A stretch of DNA of 63,708 nt, the filler included, from Collodictyon triciliatum (Eukaryota), in assembly GCA_043381765.1 (NCBI GenBank). It is 22 parts of 22 records of this genome, joined end to end, with 100 filler letters (N's around TTAATTAATTAA, not from the genome) between each part and the next. Parts side by side here need not be neighbours in the genome. Positions count along the whole stretch, not along the records: positions 11,042 to 13,807 come from JBHJMP010008331.1; positions 13,908 to 16,675 come from JBHJMP010008332.1; positions 16,776 to 19,539 come from JBHJMP010008333.1; positions 19,640 to 22,403 come from JBHJMP010008334.1; positions 22,504 to 25,274 come from JBHJMP010008335.1; 17 more parts are not named here. The stretch is one strand, 5' to 3'. Shown in pieces: positions 11,269 through 24,353 of this stretch. Below the pieces are notes generated by a model. It worked only from the letters and a program-made list of their open reading frames with translations. It had not been told where the DNA came from and ran no database searches. The position numbers and the translations under genes were made by a program. The first letter of the stretch is position 1. The number at the start of each line of letters is the position of its first letter.

Positions 11269-12234
11269 TTTATAAAGGGAGAAGTAATGTGTATGAAACG
11301 AGTAAGTTGCATGCGATTTAAGAATACGATTTATATTTCATATTGACCGTCACCGTTTCCTTTAACGATTCCAAAATTGAAAATGACCCAAATCCTCGAA
11401 CAAAAAATAAAGTAAAATATTACCCTTACTCACACTTATACTTGATAACAATATAGGTCTGCAAGGTCAGGAAACGAGAATAATAACCATTCCGAGTTTC
11501 TCACAAACAGCAACTATGGTTATTGTAGACCTGCAAACATTCGAGTGCGAAACCATATCTTTCGGTTGCGAGTAAACAATAAACAAAAGAAACCAAAAAA
11601 TGAATATAAAATAATGATGATAATGGTGGGTCAACATGCTCTATCACTTACTAATCGTAGCGATGTGTTCACTGCCGTTGAATCGTTTAGCGGTCTGTCA
11701 TAATCAGTTATGCATCTTACATCGCCAATATCTTCCCACAACCCGACACCCCTCTCACAAACACCACCGAGAAAGCCACTTCGCCCGAGATGCACTAAAC
11801 AACATCCCTTCGTCCCTTGCGTGTGTCGTCAAATATCCATATACTCATTCCCACCCACAACAACAATAAAACCATCTAATTTGGAAGCTTGGGAATTAGG
11901 TAATTCCTTATCTATTCCTGGAAATTATCCTTCCGTTTGCAGAAACGAAAAGGCAGATGAATCTAGATCGGCCGCCAAGGACAATCCAAAAAACAACAAT
12001 CCGGAACTTTCCGGCCTCTGGGAAAGTTTGCGGCTGGGCGTGTATTCGAACTGCGTGACAAGACAAAAATAAAGACAAAGATTTTTTTTTTTCCTTTAAG
12101 ATAAAGACAAAAACAATGTTGGCTTACTGCAGCATGTATTTCAAAAAGCGGGGCCTCGATCGAACGCTCTTCTTCTGGGCCTATCACTAAACTACTGCCG
12201 TGACTTTGCAGAGCCCGTTTCGACCGCATTTGTC

Positions 12235-12474
12235 ATGGCCCGCAAAGTGCTGCAAGGAGGAGAGCGCAAGGAGACCAAAGAGGAGCGCCAGCGCCGCCGA
12301 CAAAAGGACCAGGCTGCAAAAGACGACCTGTTCAACTTCTGGATCTATGTGTTGGGTGCTCTGGTCTTTGTCATTTTCGCCCTGATCTTCTTCACCTCTC
12401 GTGGCGCTTCGCCAGTTGCAGATGCCCCGGGTGCGGAAGAGTTTGCGGAGGCAGATGTCGAAGCCCCGCAATAG
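12235..12474 (+). CDS. SMCO4-like single-pass membrane and coiled-coil protein (79 aa)
   Basis: MARKVLQGGERKETKEERQRR.. followed by one TM helix (WIYVLGALVFVIFALIFF), the same layout as SMCO4 (MRQLKGKPKKET..). Confidence 0.6.
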   Translation: MARKVLQGGERKETKEERQRRRQKDQAAKDDLFNFWIYVLGALVFVIFALIFFTSRGASPVADAPGAEEFAEADVEAPQ

Positions 12475-13918
12475 TTTCCTCGTGGGAAAGAAACAGCAGA
12501 AGCCGGCAAGGACGGGCTAAGGAGTGCGCAGCGTAGCAAACAGCCTTGTCAATAGAAAACTTTTCAATTCATTTTCTCTTCTTTTTTTTTTTTTTTCCTT
12601 TTTGTTGATTTTCTTTTTGTTTTCGTTGTTTATGTCATTGTCAAGTATCACACGATATTCGCTTTTGATCCGTTGACGATTGGACACAAACAACTATTGG
12701 AAATGTTTGGCTGTGTTCGTCTCTACATTGCCCTCCGCCTGTCCCTCCTTATACTCTCTCTCTCCTTTTTATTATCACAACTGTGGAAGCAATCGCCTAT
12801 AAACTGCTCCTCATTTTGCCTGCTTCTATTGAGTGTCCCTGTTTGTGCGGACAGTTCTGTTGCTTGTGATACGCTCCTAGCACTTGTTGAAAAAGAACGC
12901 GTTGGAGAACCGTCTGTTTTTTGGGCCAAGTTCGTTTATGAATGCCCCGCTGACTCACTGGCTTTCCAACACTTTTTGTTAGCCCTAGTTACTCTGTTTT
13001 TTGTTTATTTTTTTGTTTGTTTTGTTTGCTAGCCCTAGTTACTCTGTTTTTTGTGTTTGTTTTTGTGTTTGTTTTTTGTTTGTTTTTGTTTTTTGTTTTT
13101 GTTTTTGTTTTTGTTTTTTTATGTTATGTTTTGTAATGTTATGTTATGTTTTGTAAGTATTCTACCACCAGGCTTTGCCCGAAATATTTTACATAAAGAA
13201 GGGCAATATTCCCCCTTTTTTTTCAGAGTTTGCATGGAAGCATCGTGTGCTGCTCTGAAGCGGAAAGTAAGGATGATACTTTATTCGCTTGAGTTTGTTA
13301 TACTCCAAATTCCATGGACGAGAAGGATGTGGTTACGGTTTCAAAAGCGCCTTGGGTATTTTTTTTTATTTCTTTTTCTTTTTTGCTTCTTTTTTTTTAT
13401 TTATTGTTTTTCAACATAGTCTCGAATATCTGAATCACTAATTCAGTCCACCCCAAACCGGGTATATTTAATTACTATTGCATTTTATGTCGCAGATACT
13501 TCCAAAGAGATATGACCTTGCTTCGTGTATTATGTCATCAATTTTTTTCTACTGCCTGCATGGTTCCTTTTTTGATTGAAACCTGGCTTTCTTACAAACT
13601 AAACAACGACATGACTAAAAATATCAGGTTTTGCTCACATCCAACACCTCTCCATTTTATTTTGATTTTTTTTAAAAAAAAAATGATAAGAAAACGTCAT
13701 ATGAAATGTTTTATTCGGGCACAAAGACAAACCAAAACATGTATATGTAGATATTTCACTCCAAAAGCATGCCTACTAGACTACTATTTCCCGCTGAATG
13801 GCAGGTTNNNNNNNNNNNNNNNNNNNNNNNNNNNNNNNNNNNNNNNNNNNNTTAATTAATTAANNNNNNNNNNNNNNNNNNNNNNNNNNNNNNNNNNNNN
13901 NNNNNNNAAAAAAAAAAA

Positions 13919-13986
<68 letters not shown>

Positions 13987-14090
13987 AAAGAAAGAAAGAA
14001 AAGAAAGAAAGAAAAGAAAGAAAGAAAGAAAAGAAGCTATCAAAAAAATACAAAAATAAAAAGAGAGGGGACGGGGGACAATGGCGGGAC

Positions 14091-14360
14091 CTGGTCCTCT
14101 GCGACGCAAGTGAAGCAGTGGAGGTTGACCACAAGCGGGACGGGGCGGCCCTGCGGCAGGGCGGTGGGGACGTAGAGATTGTACGCACGACTCATGCGGT
14201 TGTGGATCAGGGCTGTCTCGACGCGCTGGCCGGGCACCACGGGCGGTTCGGCCGGATACGCACACGCTGCAGCGGCTGCCAAGGCGACCGAGACGGCAAC
14301 TGCAACGGCCACGGATGACGCTGTTGCTGCCGAGCGGGCGCGGCTTTGCTGCTTGGACAT
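14091..14360 (-). CDS. First exon of a secreted alpha/beta-hydrolase (PHB-depolymerase/LpqP-like esterase)
   Basis: Ala/Val signal-like segment, then RAYNLYVP..PVPLVVNLH; GT donor after 14091. Confidence 0.55.
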
Positions 14361-14650
14361 CTGCAGATTGCGCCGATTACGCCGACACCACAAGTGGCAA
14401 ACAAGTCGAGTGCGCAGGCGCCATCCCTGACTCTGTTTCGCCGTTGCTGGGTTTCTTCAATTTGGAGGGGTGGATGCCATCCGTGACAGCAACAGCAACA
14501 GCGACAGCAACAACAAAAAAAGTATTGCAAAGAAGGGAAAGAGGAAACGAGGGGGCGAATCAGGCTGACGAGAGCCGACCCGAACGAGACCCTGACGGCA
14601 GCCCCATCTTTGCGAGACAGAGACAGGCAGAGGCGGAGACAGAGAGCAAC

Positions 14651-16300
14651 ATGAGCGGGACGCAGCACGAAAAGGACTTTGTGTCGCTTGTGCGGCTGCT
14701 GGGCCACGAGCGCAGCTTCAACCGCTTTGCGGCCTGCGAGACGGGCGCTGTTCGGTGTCCGCCCATCAGCCTGCTGCTGCACGTCGGGGGCGACGCAGAC
14801 GTCTTCGGCTCGATGGTGCGCCTGTGCCAGGGCGCCACAGCCACAGCCACAGCCACAGCCACAGCCACAACCACAGCCACAGCCACGGCTGCACACGTCC
14901 ACGGCTGCACACGTCCAGGTGCACGGCGTCCTCGTCGAGATCCTGCGCATGCTCGGCCGCCTCGGCCTGCAGATCGCCTCCTGCGACGAGACCACGCTTC
15001 TGGCCTCCTGGCACCCTGCCGACGGCCCCGACCCCGACCCTGCTGCCCCGGGCGACACCAGAGAGGACCCGGCCGTGAGGTGCTGCCCATTCCCATCACC
15101 ATCACCATCACCATCACAGCCACAACCACAACCACAACCACAACCACAACCACAACTGCAGGCACATCTACCCCAGCTCATGGACCCCTGCGGCCTATGA
15201 CGCGGTCGTGAATGCGCAGACGCCCGCAGAGCTCAGCTCCATCGTCCGCAACAAAAGGAGGCCGTCGGTCTCTGCGCCCGCACAGCCGCACCTGCCGGCA
15301 ACAACCTTTGCAGACCTCTGCAGCCGCACAGCCCCCTTCGGTGCCGACCAGATGCGCTTCATGGTTTGCGCCCCTCTCCCTGCCCCATCTACTGCTCTCG
15401 CTCTCGCTCTCACTCTCGCCCAACCCCCAATCTCTGCCTTCTGCCCATCCGCACCCACAAACCGCCCCGCCCCTCACTGAAAATCAAGGCCCCGCTGTCC
15501 GCGGCTGCGTCCCTGCATTTCTCGGCATCGGACGGCGCTCACCCGTCGGCAGCCCCGGACTTTGCCCGCTTCGTCCCGCCGGCGACAATCTCGCCACACA
15601 CAAAGCCAAGCACGCACCCCCCGGTAACAGACCAATCCCCCTCGCCGATGGCAACGCCACGAGAGACGGATCCACGCACGTCTGTGCAGCCGCCCGTCCG
15701 CTAATCGTGCCTCTGCGAATCACAGCAAAGCGACGCCACCTGGGCGAGGCCGTTGCGCGACGCATCCACGGCCGAGACAGAGACGACCCGCTGGGCCGGC
15801 AGGGATTTGCCCGACGCCCGCGCTGCAAGGACCAGTCCGCCAAAGGACGAGCCCGTGTGGAGGCCCGAGACGGAAAGGTATCGCATATGCGCAGCACATA
15901 CACTTATATATACGTATCTCCGCATGTGCGCAGCAGCAGTGCCCGCAGATCTGATCCGGCTGTGATTGCGGCGTTGTGTGCCGTGCAGGGAGCAGGAGAT
16001 CCGGCTGAAGCGCTACGACCACTACAAGGCCCTCCTGGACGGCATCCGGTCCGCATCCGGGCATCAGGTGGCTGGTCGGCTGCCTGTGCGGGCCGTCTCT
16101 CCCTCGTGCCTGTGTGCTGTCCATTGACCTTGCCGCATCCCTTCTGCAGCACTCTGGCATCCCGACGTCGCATGAGCCGCCCGTCCCTGTCATCCACGAC
16201 TCTGCTCAGCCTTCTCGCTCGCCTTCCCGCTCGCCCGAGAAGCACCGTCCGGCAAGGATTGTCACCGCGAAGGTCGATTCCAACTATGCCAAGGCAGCAA
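14651..16300 (+). CDS. Hypothetical multi-exon protein in a GC-rich scaffold
   Basis: ATG 14651 (MSGTQHEKDFVSLVRLL..) with GT..CAG introns filled with CACAGC/CACAAC repeats; 3' end uncertain. Confidence 0.35.
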
Positions 16301-16594
16301 AGGTTTTTCTCCCCATCTGCATCTCAGCCACCAGTTGAGTTGCCGAGCGTGCTCTCTCTACAGGGGATTACATGCACCGATTTCCTGTAAACAGAGGCGA
16401 CTGGTGGATATCATATATATATATCTACATGCATGTATGCTTGTATGTGCTGACCTATCTCCATATTTGTCTTCTCCTGTCTACCGGATAGAAGTCTCCC
16501 TCCGTCCAGACGCCATCTGTAAATCATCTCATTCCGCAATCGCGGCATATTTCTATTTTGCTTATTTTTCTTTTTTTTTTGTTCTTTTTTTTTT

Positions 16595-16675
<81 letters not shown>

Positions 16676-16775
16676 NNNNNNNNNNNNNNNNNNNNNNNNN
16701 NNNNNNNNNNNNNNNNNNNTTAATTAATTAANNNNNNNNNNNNNNNNNNNNNNNNNNNNNNNNNNNNNNNNNNNN

Positions 16776-16861
<86 letters not shown>

Positions 16862-17767
16862 GGGAATAAAAAAGGCCTCAAGCTCAAGCTATCGACCCAC
16901 GGGTAACAAGATATGTATGATTATAGTGCCCAGTATAATTGCTCTGATTCATCCGTTTCTTTTTTCTTTTTTTTCTTTATTCTTTTTCCTTTCCTTCTCT
17001 TTGGTCTCATTCAGCCTGTAAATGGATAAACTTCATTACAAAGGTTGTGACGAACTTGGTTTTATCACTTTCAAGGCACATCACTTTTTATACAACGAGA
17101 GTGTACCCTATTTATATAGCATTTTATTGTACAGACAACCATCGAATTTAATCTGGGTTGACAAAAGCAGGAGCTTCGATAAATCCAAGAAACAACCTGA
17201 ATAATATAATATTATAATTATTACATTTATAATAAGGGTTAAAATACTTCATAACCTCAATCTATTCCTATAATCAATTTATATTTCATTTATCATTTAT
17301 ATAATAATATCATTAAAAGTCAAAAATGAAAAACAAGGCGTTGTCTTGACTCAGACAGAACCCATCCCTATAAACCTGCCACCAAATATGCATTTCAAAA
17401 AAGCATTCTATCCACACTTGCTGCGGTAATGATGTTTTTTTTTGGGGCCGATATGTTGATTTTCAGTCGCAATGGCCACACAGCTGTCCTTTCTAACTCG
17501 CCGAATCGGCTCTCAGTGTTTTTTTTTTTTTTTTTTTTTTTTTCAAATCACTTATAAAAAACTTTGGTGTGTTTGTTTGCCACAATACGCACATTTTGAA
17601 AATCTCGTTAGATGCTTAATTTTACATAAATTGATTTATGCATTTTTTTAATTGACTAAATTGACTAAAGTTTTATTTAAATTGAAAGCTCAGTAGTTTT
17701 CTAAAGGAAAAAGTAAAACAAAGACTTACAGACGAAGAAAAGAAAACGTTTTGAGTCTGAGAATCTG

Positions 17768-19366
17768 ATGTCTGTAAAACCAGACTATCAAAATGTGATA
17801 ACATCTCTAAAGTCGATTATAAAGAATGCGGATGACTATGACAAAATCAACGATACGGCTTTATTGTGTCATAATTTGGTTACCGGCACTTATCTGTTTG
17901 CAAGATGTTATATATTGAAATCACAACTCCCAACAAACGATGAAAAGTTTTTTTTTGTACGCTTTAAAGACAGTCGGAATAGTTTCACAACAGAGACCCG
18001 CAAGTTTTAAAAAACATCCAGGTTTGAGAAATGACATCATGACTTTTTACTTCTATGATATCCGATTCCTTTTGTCTCGAGAAGAACGCTTTCTGTTGGT
18101 TGGACTGTCTCATGTATCACCATACTTGGCGAAGCAAATGTTAACAGCTTATCATAATAACATTAAGGAACATTTTGTAAAGAGGTTGCTGCGCTTTATA
18201 AATCAAACAGTTCCTCAAGATGAGAATATTACGGAAGCTATTAAAAAGCCAGAGTTACGAAAGTTAAAAAGTCATCTTAATGAATCTCGAAATACCGGAA
18301 CAATATAAAGGATGAGCTGCAATGCATTTGCATCATATCATTCCCAGCGATATTGTAAATGGTATCGAATACGATGTCAAAGTCAATCCAAATAAGTACA
18401 TTCCATGTCCGATTTACATGAATCGCATTTTTTGAGGACACTGGAACCAAAAGTTTCAACCAATCTCTACAAGAACGAACAATATACCGTGTCATATTAC
18501 TTTAAATACCGCATGTTTGATAGGTCTATTGGTATTATCTGTAAAATCGTTATTAATGAAGGATACATCCGGATGCAAAGAGACACTATGGGATAATTTT
18601 CTTTGAAATGAAGAAGAGAATTTTTCATCAAAGAGACTACAATTTTAAATACATGACACTAACAGACGGCTTGGCGATGTCATTACTATTTGAAAAGAAA
18701 GGGATTTCAAAGTCAAAATCCAAATAAAATCAATAAAATCAAGAATATGTTTATATAGATGAACTTTCCGAAGAGCATTATCTTCATTAGCGACAAAAAA
18801 ATTGTAGTGGACGCAGGCAAGTTTAATTTGGTTTACATGGTGGCGGAGACAGGTGAGAAATTATGCTACATGGCACACCAAACAAGACATGATAGCAAAT
18901 CTCTTAAAAATCACAAAATTCTCTTGCGCAAGAAAAAAAGTACAATTATTCATGGATACGCATAGCAACAGGTTTACAAAGTGCTATTTCTTTTGGTGCC
19001 ATGACTTTTGAAGAGAATCAGCGGCTTGAGACACCAAGAGTATCTTTAATCGATTTAGAGACAGAACTGGGTAAACATAATTCATGTACCATCGATTATG
19101 AAAAAAAAATTCAAAAATATTTATCTATGTATTCAAGATACCAGGTAGAACTTTCCGGATTTTATGAACACGTTACTTTTCGAAAGATGAGATGAATACA
19201 GTATGTTAATACAAAAAGAAGCGAACAGTTGCTTATGGACCGAATCGAAAAGACATTTGGCAAGGATATTGTACTGGCGTATGGAGACTGGAGCAGAAAA
19301 TCTCCGATGAAACATTTTATGCCAAGAATTGGAGGAGGATTACGAAAAATACTACCCAAACGTTTT
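17768..19366 (+). pseudogene. Fanzor1 (eukaryotic TnpB-derived RNA-guided nuclease), decayed copy 1
   Basis: Frameshifted pieces read ITSLKSII..INDT, LTAYHNNIKEHF..FIN, TDGLAMSLLF, VVDAG (RuvC-I), LAYGDWS, GLRKIL. Cut off at KRF by a LINE fragment before RuvC-II/III. Confidence 0.85.
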
Positions 19367-19539
19367 CACTGGGCATCACCCACACCCCGCTCACCGCGAG
19401 CTGGAGACAAGCACGAATCCCGCAAGTCCTTCCAAATCACCGCTCTCTAATGCTTAATATCACCAATAGGGAGCTATGGATAGGTACACGCACGGCAAAA
19501 GCTGGCGAAGTCTCCCAACAATGCACACTTTGCAGCAAC
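19367..19539 (+). mobile_element. Non-LTR retrotransposon (L1/Tx1-like) ORF2 fragment, zf-RVT-like region, interrupting Fanzor copy 1
   Basis: LGITHTPLTASWRQARIPQVLPNHRSLMLNITNRELWIGTRTAKAGEVSQQCTLCSN; similarity to Fanzor copy 2 stops abruptly at 19366. Confidence 0.65.
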
Positions 19540-20135
19540 NNNNNNNNNNNNNNNNNNNNNNNNNNNNNNNNNNNNNNNNNNNNTTAATTAATTAANNNNN
19601 NNNNNNNNNNNNNNNNNNNNNNNNNNNNNNNNNNNNNNNAAAAAAAAAAAAAAGAAAAAAAAAAAAAAAAAAAAAAAAAGTTAAAAAAAAAAAAAGAAAG
19701 GTAAAAAAAAAAAAAAAAGAAAAAGATAGTTGGCCCCAGGCCATGGTGTGAGCAACTTTCAGATTAGTGAGATAACCACATGATATTTGTGCGTGCACAA
19801 CACCAATGTTGCCGTTTCTCCCTCCACAAACTGTGTTTTCTTTCAGTTTTGACAACACTGCGCCAGCATTTGGACAGACAGGAAGCGACACGGACCATGC
19901 AAAAAGGTGTAGAGACAGGAAATAGGATGTCTTTATCGGACATCGACGAATCAAGAGGCGATCATGAAAAGAACGACGAAGGGCAGCCATGAAGTTTGCA
20001 GCAGAGGTGTGTGATATGATAAATCTTGTCTAGGAATCGTTGAGACGCAGAGCCGGGAGTCCTTCTTCATGAAGAGCGCTTTGTTAGAAGGGAGCCGTGG
20101 CAGGCTGCACGGCAGGCGTCATGCTTTCACATCAT

Positions 20136-21585
20136 TTAACAGCATCCTGATTTGCTGGTCTCGGGGGCAGCTCCGGGCTTCACAATGTTAGGGTCTGGCT
20201 CGGCGCGTCGGACGTCATTCTCGAGGATTCGAGAGACAAGGAATCTGGTGGCCTTTTCGATGTTTGTGTTCTCCTTGGCGGATGTTTCAAACCTGCAGAA
20301 AATACATTTGGGATTCATTCCGACGGAATGTTGAAGTTCAATAACTGTAGAAGAGGAGAGGCGCAAGTGAGGACTGCGAGGTTATTTGGGAGGAACTGAT
20401 TGGCAGGTTATTTCTAACTACGACCAATACTAACCATCCAATGAAGCCATTGTCTTCACAGAACTTATCCATTTGGGAGCTAGGTTTCATCATCCCGTCT
20501 CGAGCAAGATCGCACTATTTGAGTAGAAAGGGATTTAAAATGGATAGATTCATTAATAAAGAAAGTAGGCGTAGAATTGATCCCCACTTAAAATAGAATC
20601 TTAATAGTTAGATGAATATATCCCAATACTTCAAACAAAATGTTTTTTTAATGAATAAATATCGCATTCAAAATATTGTTGGAAACAAAGTGGTGAATAA
20701 AATGACATGGAAAAACCTTATTGGCAAGAAGGATAACAGGAATGGGTCTGTCACCAGGAAGGAGTAGTTTGCTGTCGATGTCGCTCTTCCACTTTGTAAC
20801 GGCCTCGAAGGTGGAAACTCTGGTCACGTCGTAGACAACAAAGGCACCGACAGCTTCCTTGTAGTAAACCTACACGAGAAAATTGGGAGAAAAAATAGAT
20901 ATGAAGGGTGAGGTTAAAAGAAATGTCGATATATTTAACATCCAACCAAAGAAAAACAGAAAAGATTACGCGAGTCATGTTTCCAAAACGCTCTTGTCCA
21001 GCGATATCCCAGAGCTGAAGGCGGACGATGGTCTTTGCATCCCAATTAATCACTTTGAGAGCAAAGTCAACGCCGATGTACGACAAGAAAAAAAAACTTT
21101 TGTCAAGGAAAAGATAAAGAATGGCTGTTCCCTTTTCTTTCATATATATGCGTGAACAGAGCCCTCTTTAACTCATCACCACATAGCAGCTCTCTAACCG
21201 CAGTTAGGATATTAGCGGAGTACAACAAAAAAGAGGGATAAACTGTCCCAGCCTGCAGAAGATATGAGACTGTACATAAAATATATATAAAAGGATATGG
21301 TTGACTTGTAGTTCATGGAAAAGATGTTGTGGACAAAGCGCTTGATGATCGAAGTCTTTCCAGTGCCAATGTCGCCGACAACGAGGACTTTGTAGAGATA
21401 TTCAGATACTTCGGATGCTTCAGCCTACAACATAAGCGAGTAACAAAGTAAGCCATAGGGGTAACTTAGAGTGAAAGGAAAGAATTCATTGCCAGAGAAG
21501 CGAGAGAAGCGAGAAAAATAAAGAAATCGAGAGGAGAAATAAGAAAAGATATATGAAATACGACAAGGCTAAGTGGGTTTACCAT
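20136..21585 (-). CDS. RAB32: Rab32/38-subfamily small GTPase, 6 exons
   Basis: [21 protein letters not shown], the diagnostic [20 protein letters not shown] and a C-terminal CC. Confidence 0.9.
21078..21298 (-). other. U12-type (minor spliceosome) AT-AC intron
   Basis: 5' ATATCCTTTT, branch site TTTTCCTTGAC (21112-21102), 3' AC; removal gives in-frame YKST-IGVDF. Confidence 0.93.
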
Positions 21586-22503
21586 GTCTTGTGTGTAGAA
21601 GTTTGCTTCACCGTTCTATTCGCGATTATATTAGATAGCTTTAATAGCCTAAATGCTCGGCTGGTTAGGACTGAAGTGGCCATGTAAGCCATGATGAGGC
21701 AAAAGTTGGTAGAATCGTAGAGAAGGTCGCAAATGGGAAGTGATCGGACTCACAAAACCAGAGATAAGGAACCCGACAACAGGAGAGAGGATATATATTT
21801 TCATCGCAACACAAAAGAAAGTTGAGAGCAAACCGTACTCTTGCCTCGACTTCACAAGTTTTTTTTTTTTTTTACAAAAATAATAAGAGTAATGAAGTTA
21901 AACATCCAACCAAAAAATAAAATAGTATGGTTGAAAAATAAAAGAAGCAACTCCGTAACAAAACGTGGCACCGATCTTTTGATCAACAAACTATTCAAAC
22001 CAGACACGTTGCACCAGCACAGGGCTCATTTCAGAACCCATGCGCAGATGACAGACTGCGTGTGGATAGATATCACTCCCCCGCAATGATGGTCTGCAGC
22101 GTAGTCACTTGAACAGACTCCTTTGCCGAGACCCAACGACGATTTCCTGCTGCGGAGACCAAAGCCTGAGCGTCTCCTTCGCCTTGTGCTCCAGTTTGAT
22201 CTTTTGATTTGTGACACCTTCTAGTCCACACATGGGTTGTCGACAACAGAATAGCTTGATTGTGGGTGTTGACTGCGAATCTTTCCAGATCAGTTATGTA
22301 TTCTTCCTGGAAAGTTTTTTTTTTTATTCTAAAAGTCTTAGCTGTTGAGCCCGTCTCAACAATCTTTCATTCAACCATCAGGCAAGTAGTTCCAAAGGAG
22401 GTGNNNNNNNNNNNNNNNNNNNNNNNNNNNNNNNNNNNNNNNNNNNNTTAATTAATTAANNNNNNNNNNNNNNNNNNNNNNNNNNNNNNNNNNNNNNNNN
22501 NNN

Positions 22504-22900
22504 TTTTTTTGTATGCTTTAAAGACTGTCGGAGTAATTTCACAAGATAAAGCCACAAGATTAAACCATCCACATACGAGAGAGATCCAAAGCCAGCATCT
22601 CCACCATCCTGCACAAAATTGAAAGGAAGAATAATAACAAAAAAAAATAATAATCCACATATGAGAGATGACATGGTGACATTTTATCTTAATGATTTTC
22701 TATTCCTTTTGTCCCGAGAAGAACGCTTTCCGTTGGTTGGACTGTCCCATATATTACGGTACCTGGCGAAGCAAGTGCTAACAGCTTATCATGATAACAT
22801 TAAGGAGCATTTGGTAAAGAGGCTACTGCGCTTTATAAATCAAACAGTTCCTAAATATGAGAATGTTATGAAAGCTATTAAAAAGGCAGAGTTACGAAAG

Positions 22901-22931
<31 letters not shown>

Positions 22932-24350
22932 NNNNNNNNNNTCCTAAAGATGAGAATATTACGGAAGCTATTAAAAAGCCAGAGTTACCAAAGTTGAAAA
23001 AAAAAGCCATCTTCAGGAAACTCGAAATACCGAAACAATATAAAGGATGGACTATGACGCATTTGCATCATATCATTCCCAGCGATATTGTAAATGGTAT
23101 CGAATATGACATCAAAGTCAATTAAAAGAAGTACATTCCATATCCAATTTACATGAATCGCATTTTTGAGGACATTGGAACCAAACTGCTCCAACCAATC
23201 GCTTTAAGAACTAACGATATACCATGTCATATTACTCTAGATACTGTATGTTTGATAGATGTATCAGTATTATCTGGAAAAACATTATTACTGAAGAATA
23301 CATCAGGATGCAAAGAGACACTATGGGATAAGTTATTTGAAATGAAGAAGAGTGTCCTTCATCAAACAGACTACATTTTTAAATACATAACACAAACAGA
23401 CGGCTTGGCGGTGTCATTATTGTTTGAGAAGAAAGGTATTTCAAATTCAAGATTCAAATATAACCAAAAAACCCCAAGAATATGTTTATACAGATGAACT
23501 TTCCGAAGAGCAGTTACATTTACTAGCGAAAAAAAAAATAATAGTTGGAGTGGACGCAGGCGAGTTTAATTTGGTTTACATGGTGGATGAGACAGGTAAG
23601 AAATTACGCTACACGGCACACCAAAGAAGACACGATAGCAAATCTCTTAAAAATCACAAAATACTCTTGCGCGAGAAAAGAAAAGTACAATACTTCAGGG
23701 TATACATGCATGGAAACAGATTTACAAAGTGCTGTTTCTTTTGGCCACATGACTTTTGAAGAGAATAATCAGTTTGAGATATTAAAAGTATCTTTAATCG
23801 ATTTAGAGACAGAACTGAGTAAACATAATTCATGCACGGTCGATTATGGACAATTTCGAAAATATGTATCTATGAAATTAAGATGCCAGATATACTTATC
23901 CAGATTTTATGAACACGTAATTTTTCGAAAGATGATATGGAGACAGTGTGTAAATACAAAAAGAAGTGAACAGTTGTTTATGGACCGAATCGAAAAGGCA
24001 TTTGGTAATGATGTTGTTCTGGCGTATGGAGACTGGAGCAGAAAATGTCCGATGAGCCATTTTATTGCAACAATCGGAAGGGGATTACGAAAAATACTAT
24101 CCAAACGTTTTGAAACAGTTAGTGTAGATGAATTCAGAACCTCCAAGATGTGCCGCAACTGCGAAAAAGAACTGGAATATATAATACTGAAAGGAAACTC
24201 AAAAAATGTATAGATGTCTCATATGTAAAAGAAGCAATCGCTCAGAAAGCAAACAAAGTGTATTCTTGACAAGGGACTTTAACAGCGCTAATAGTATACT
24301 CAAGAAAGTTCTCTTAATCCTTCAAAAATGCATACGCCTTCCTCTAAAAA
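22504..24350 (+). pseudogene. Fanzor1 copy 2, with all three RuvC motifs and the Zn-finger region but disrupted
   Basis: LTAYHDNIKEH, PIALRTNDIPCHITLDT, QTDGLAVSLLF, IVGVDAG, LRYTAHQRR, LAYGDWS, VDEFRTSKMCRNC, YRCLIC, RDFNSA. Stop at 23123-23125, several frameshifts, and a gap at 22932-22941. Confidence 0.88.
22567..22661 (+). mobile_element. 77-bp 5'-truncated LINE 3' end with A-rich tail and 9-bp target-site duplication
   Basis: ATCCACATA at 22567-22575 and 22653-22661. Insert 22586-22617 matches 37216-37247 at 29/32. Removing it restores the Fanzor frame (NHPHMRDD). Confidence 0.8.
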
Positions 24351-24353
24351 ACA

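Noticed and set aside
14207-16390. Many overlapping long ORFs on both strands
   Set aside because: A by-product of high GC and stop-free microsatellites.
22849-22995. Internal tandem duplication in Fanzor copy 2
   Set aside because: The two versions flank a 10-N gap and differ. It may be a scaffold join of two different copies, so the part before 22932 may not belong to the PLV-adjacent copy.
23670-23690. Programmed frameshift in Fanzor (both copies shift at this A-run)
   Set aside because: Copy 1 is one base short and copy 2 one base long, so these are independent homopolymer indels or sequencing errors.
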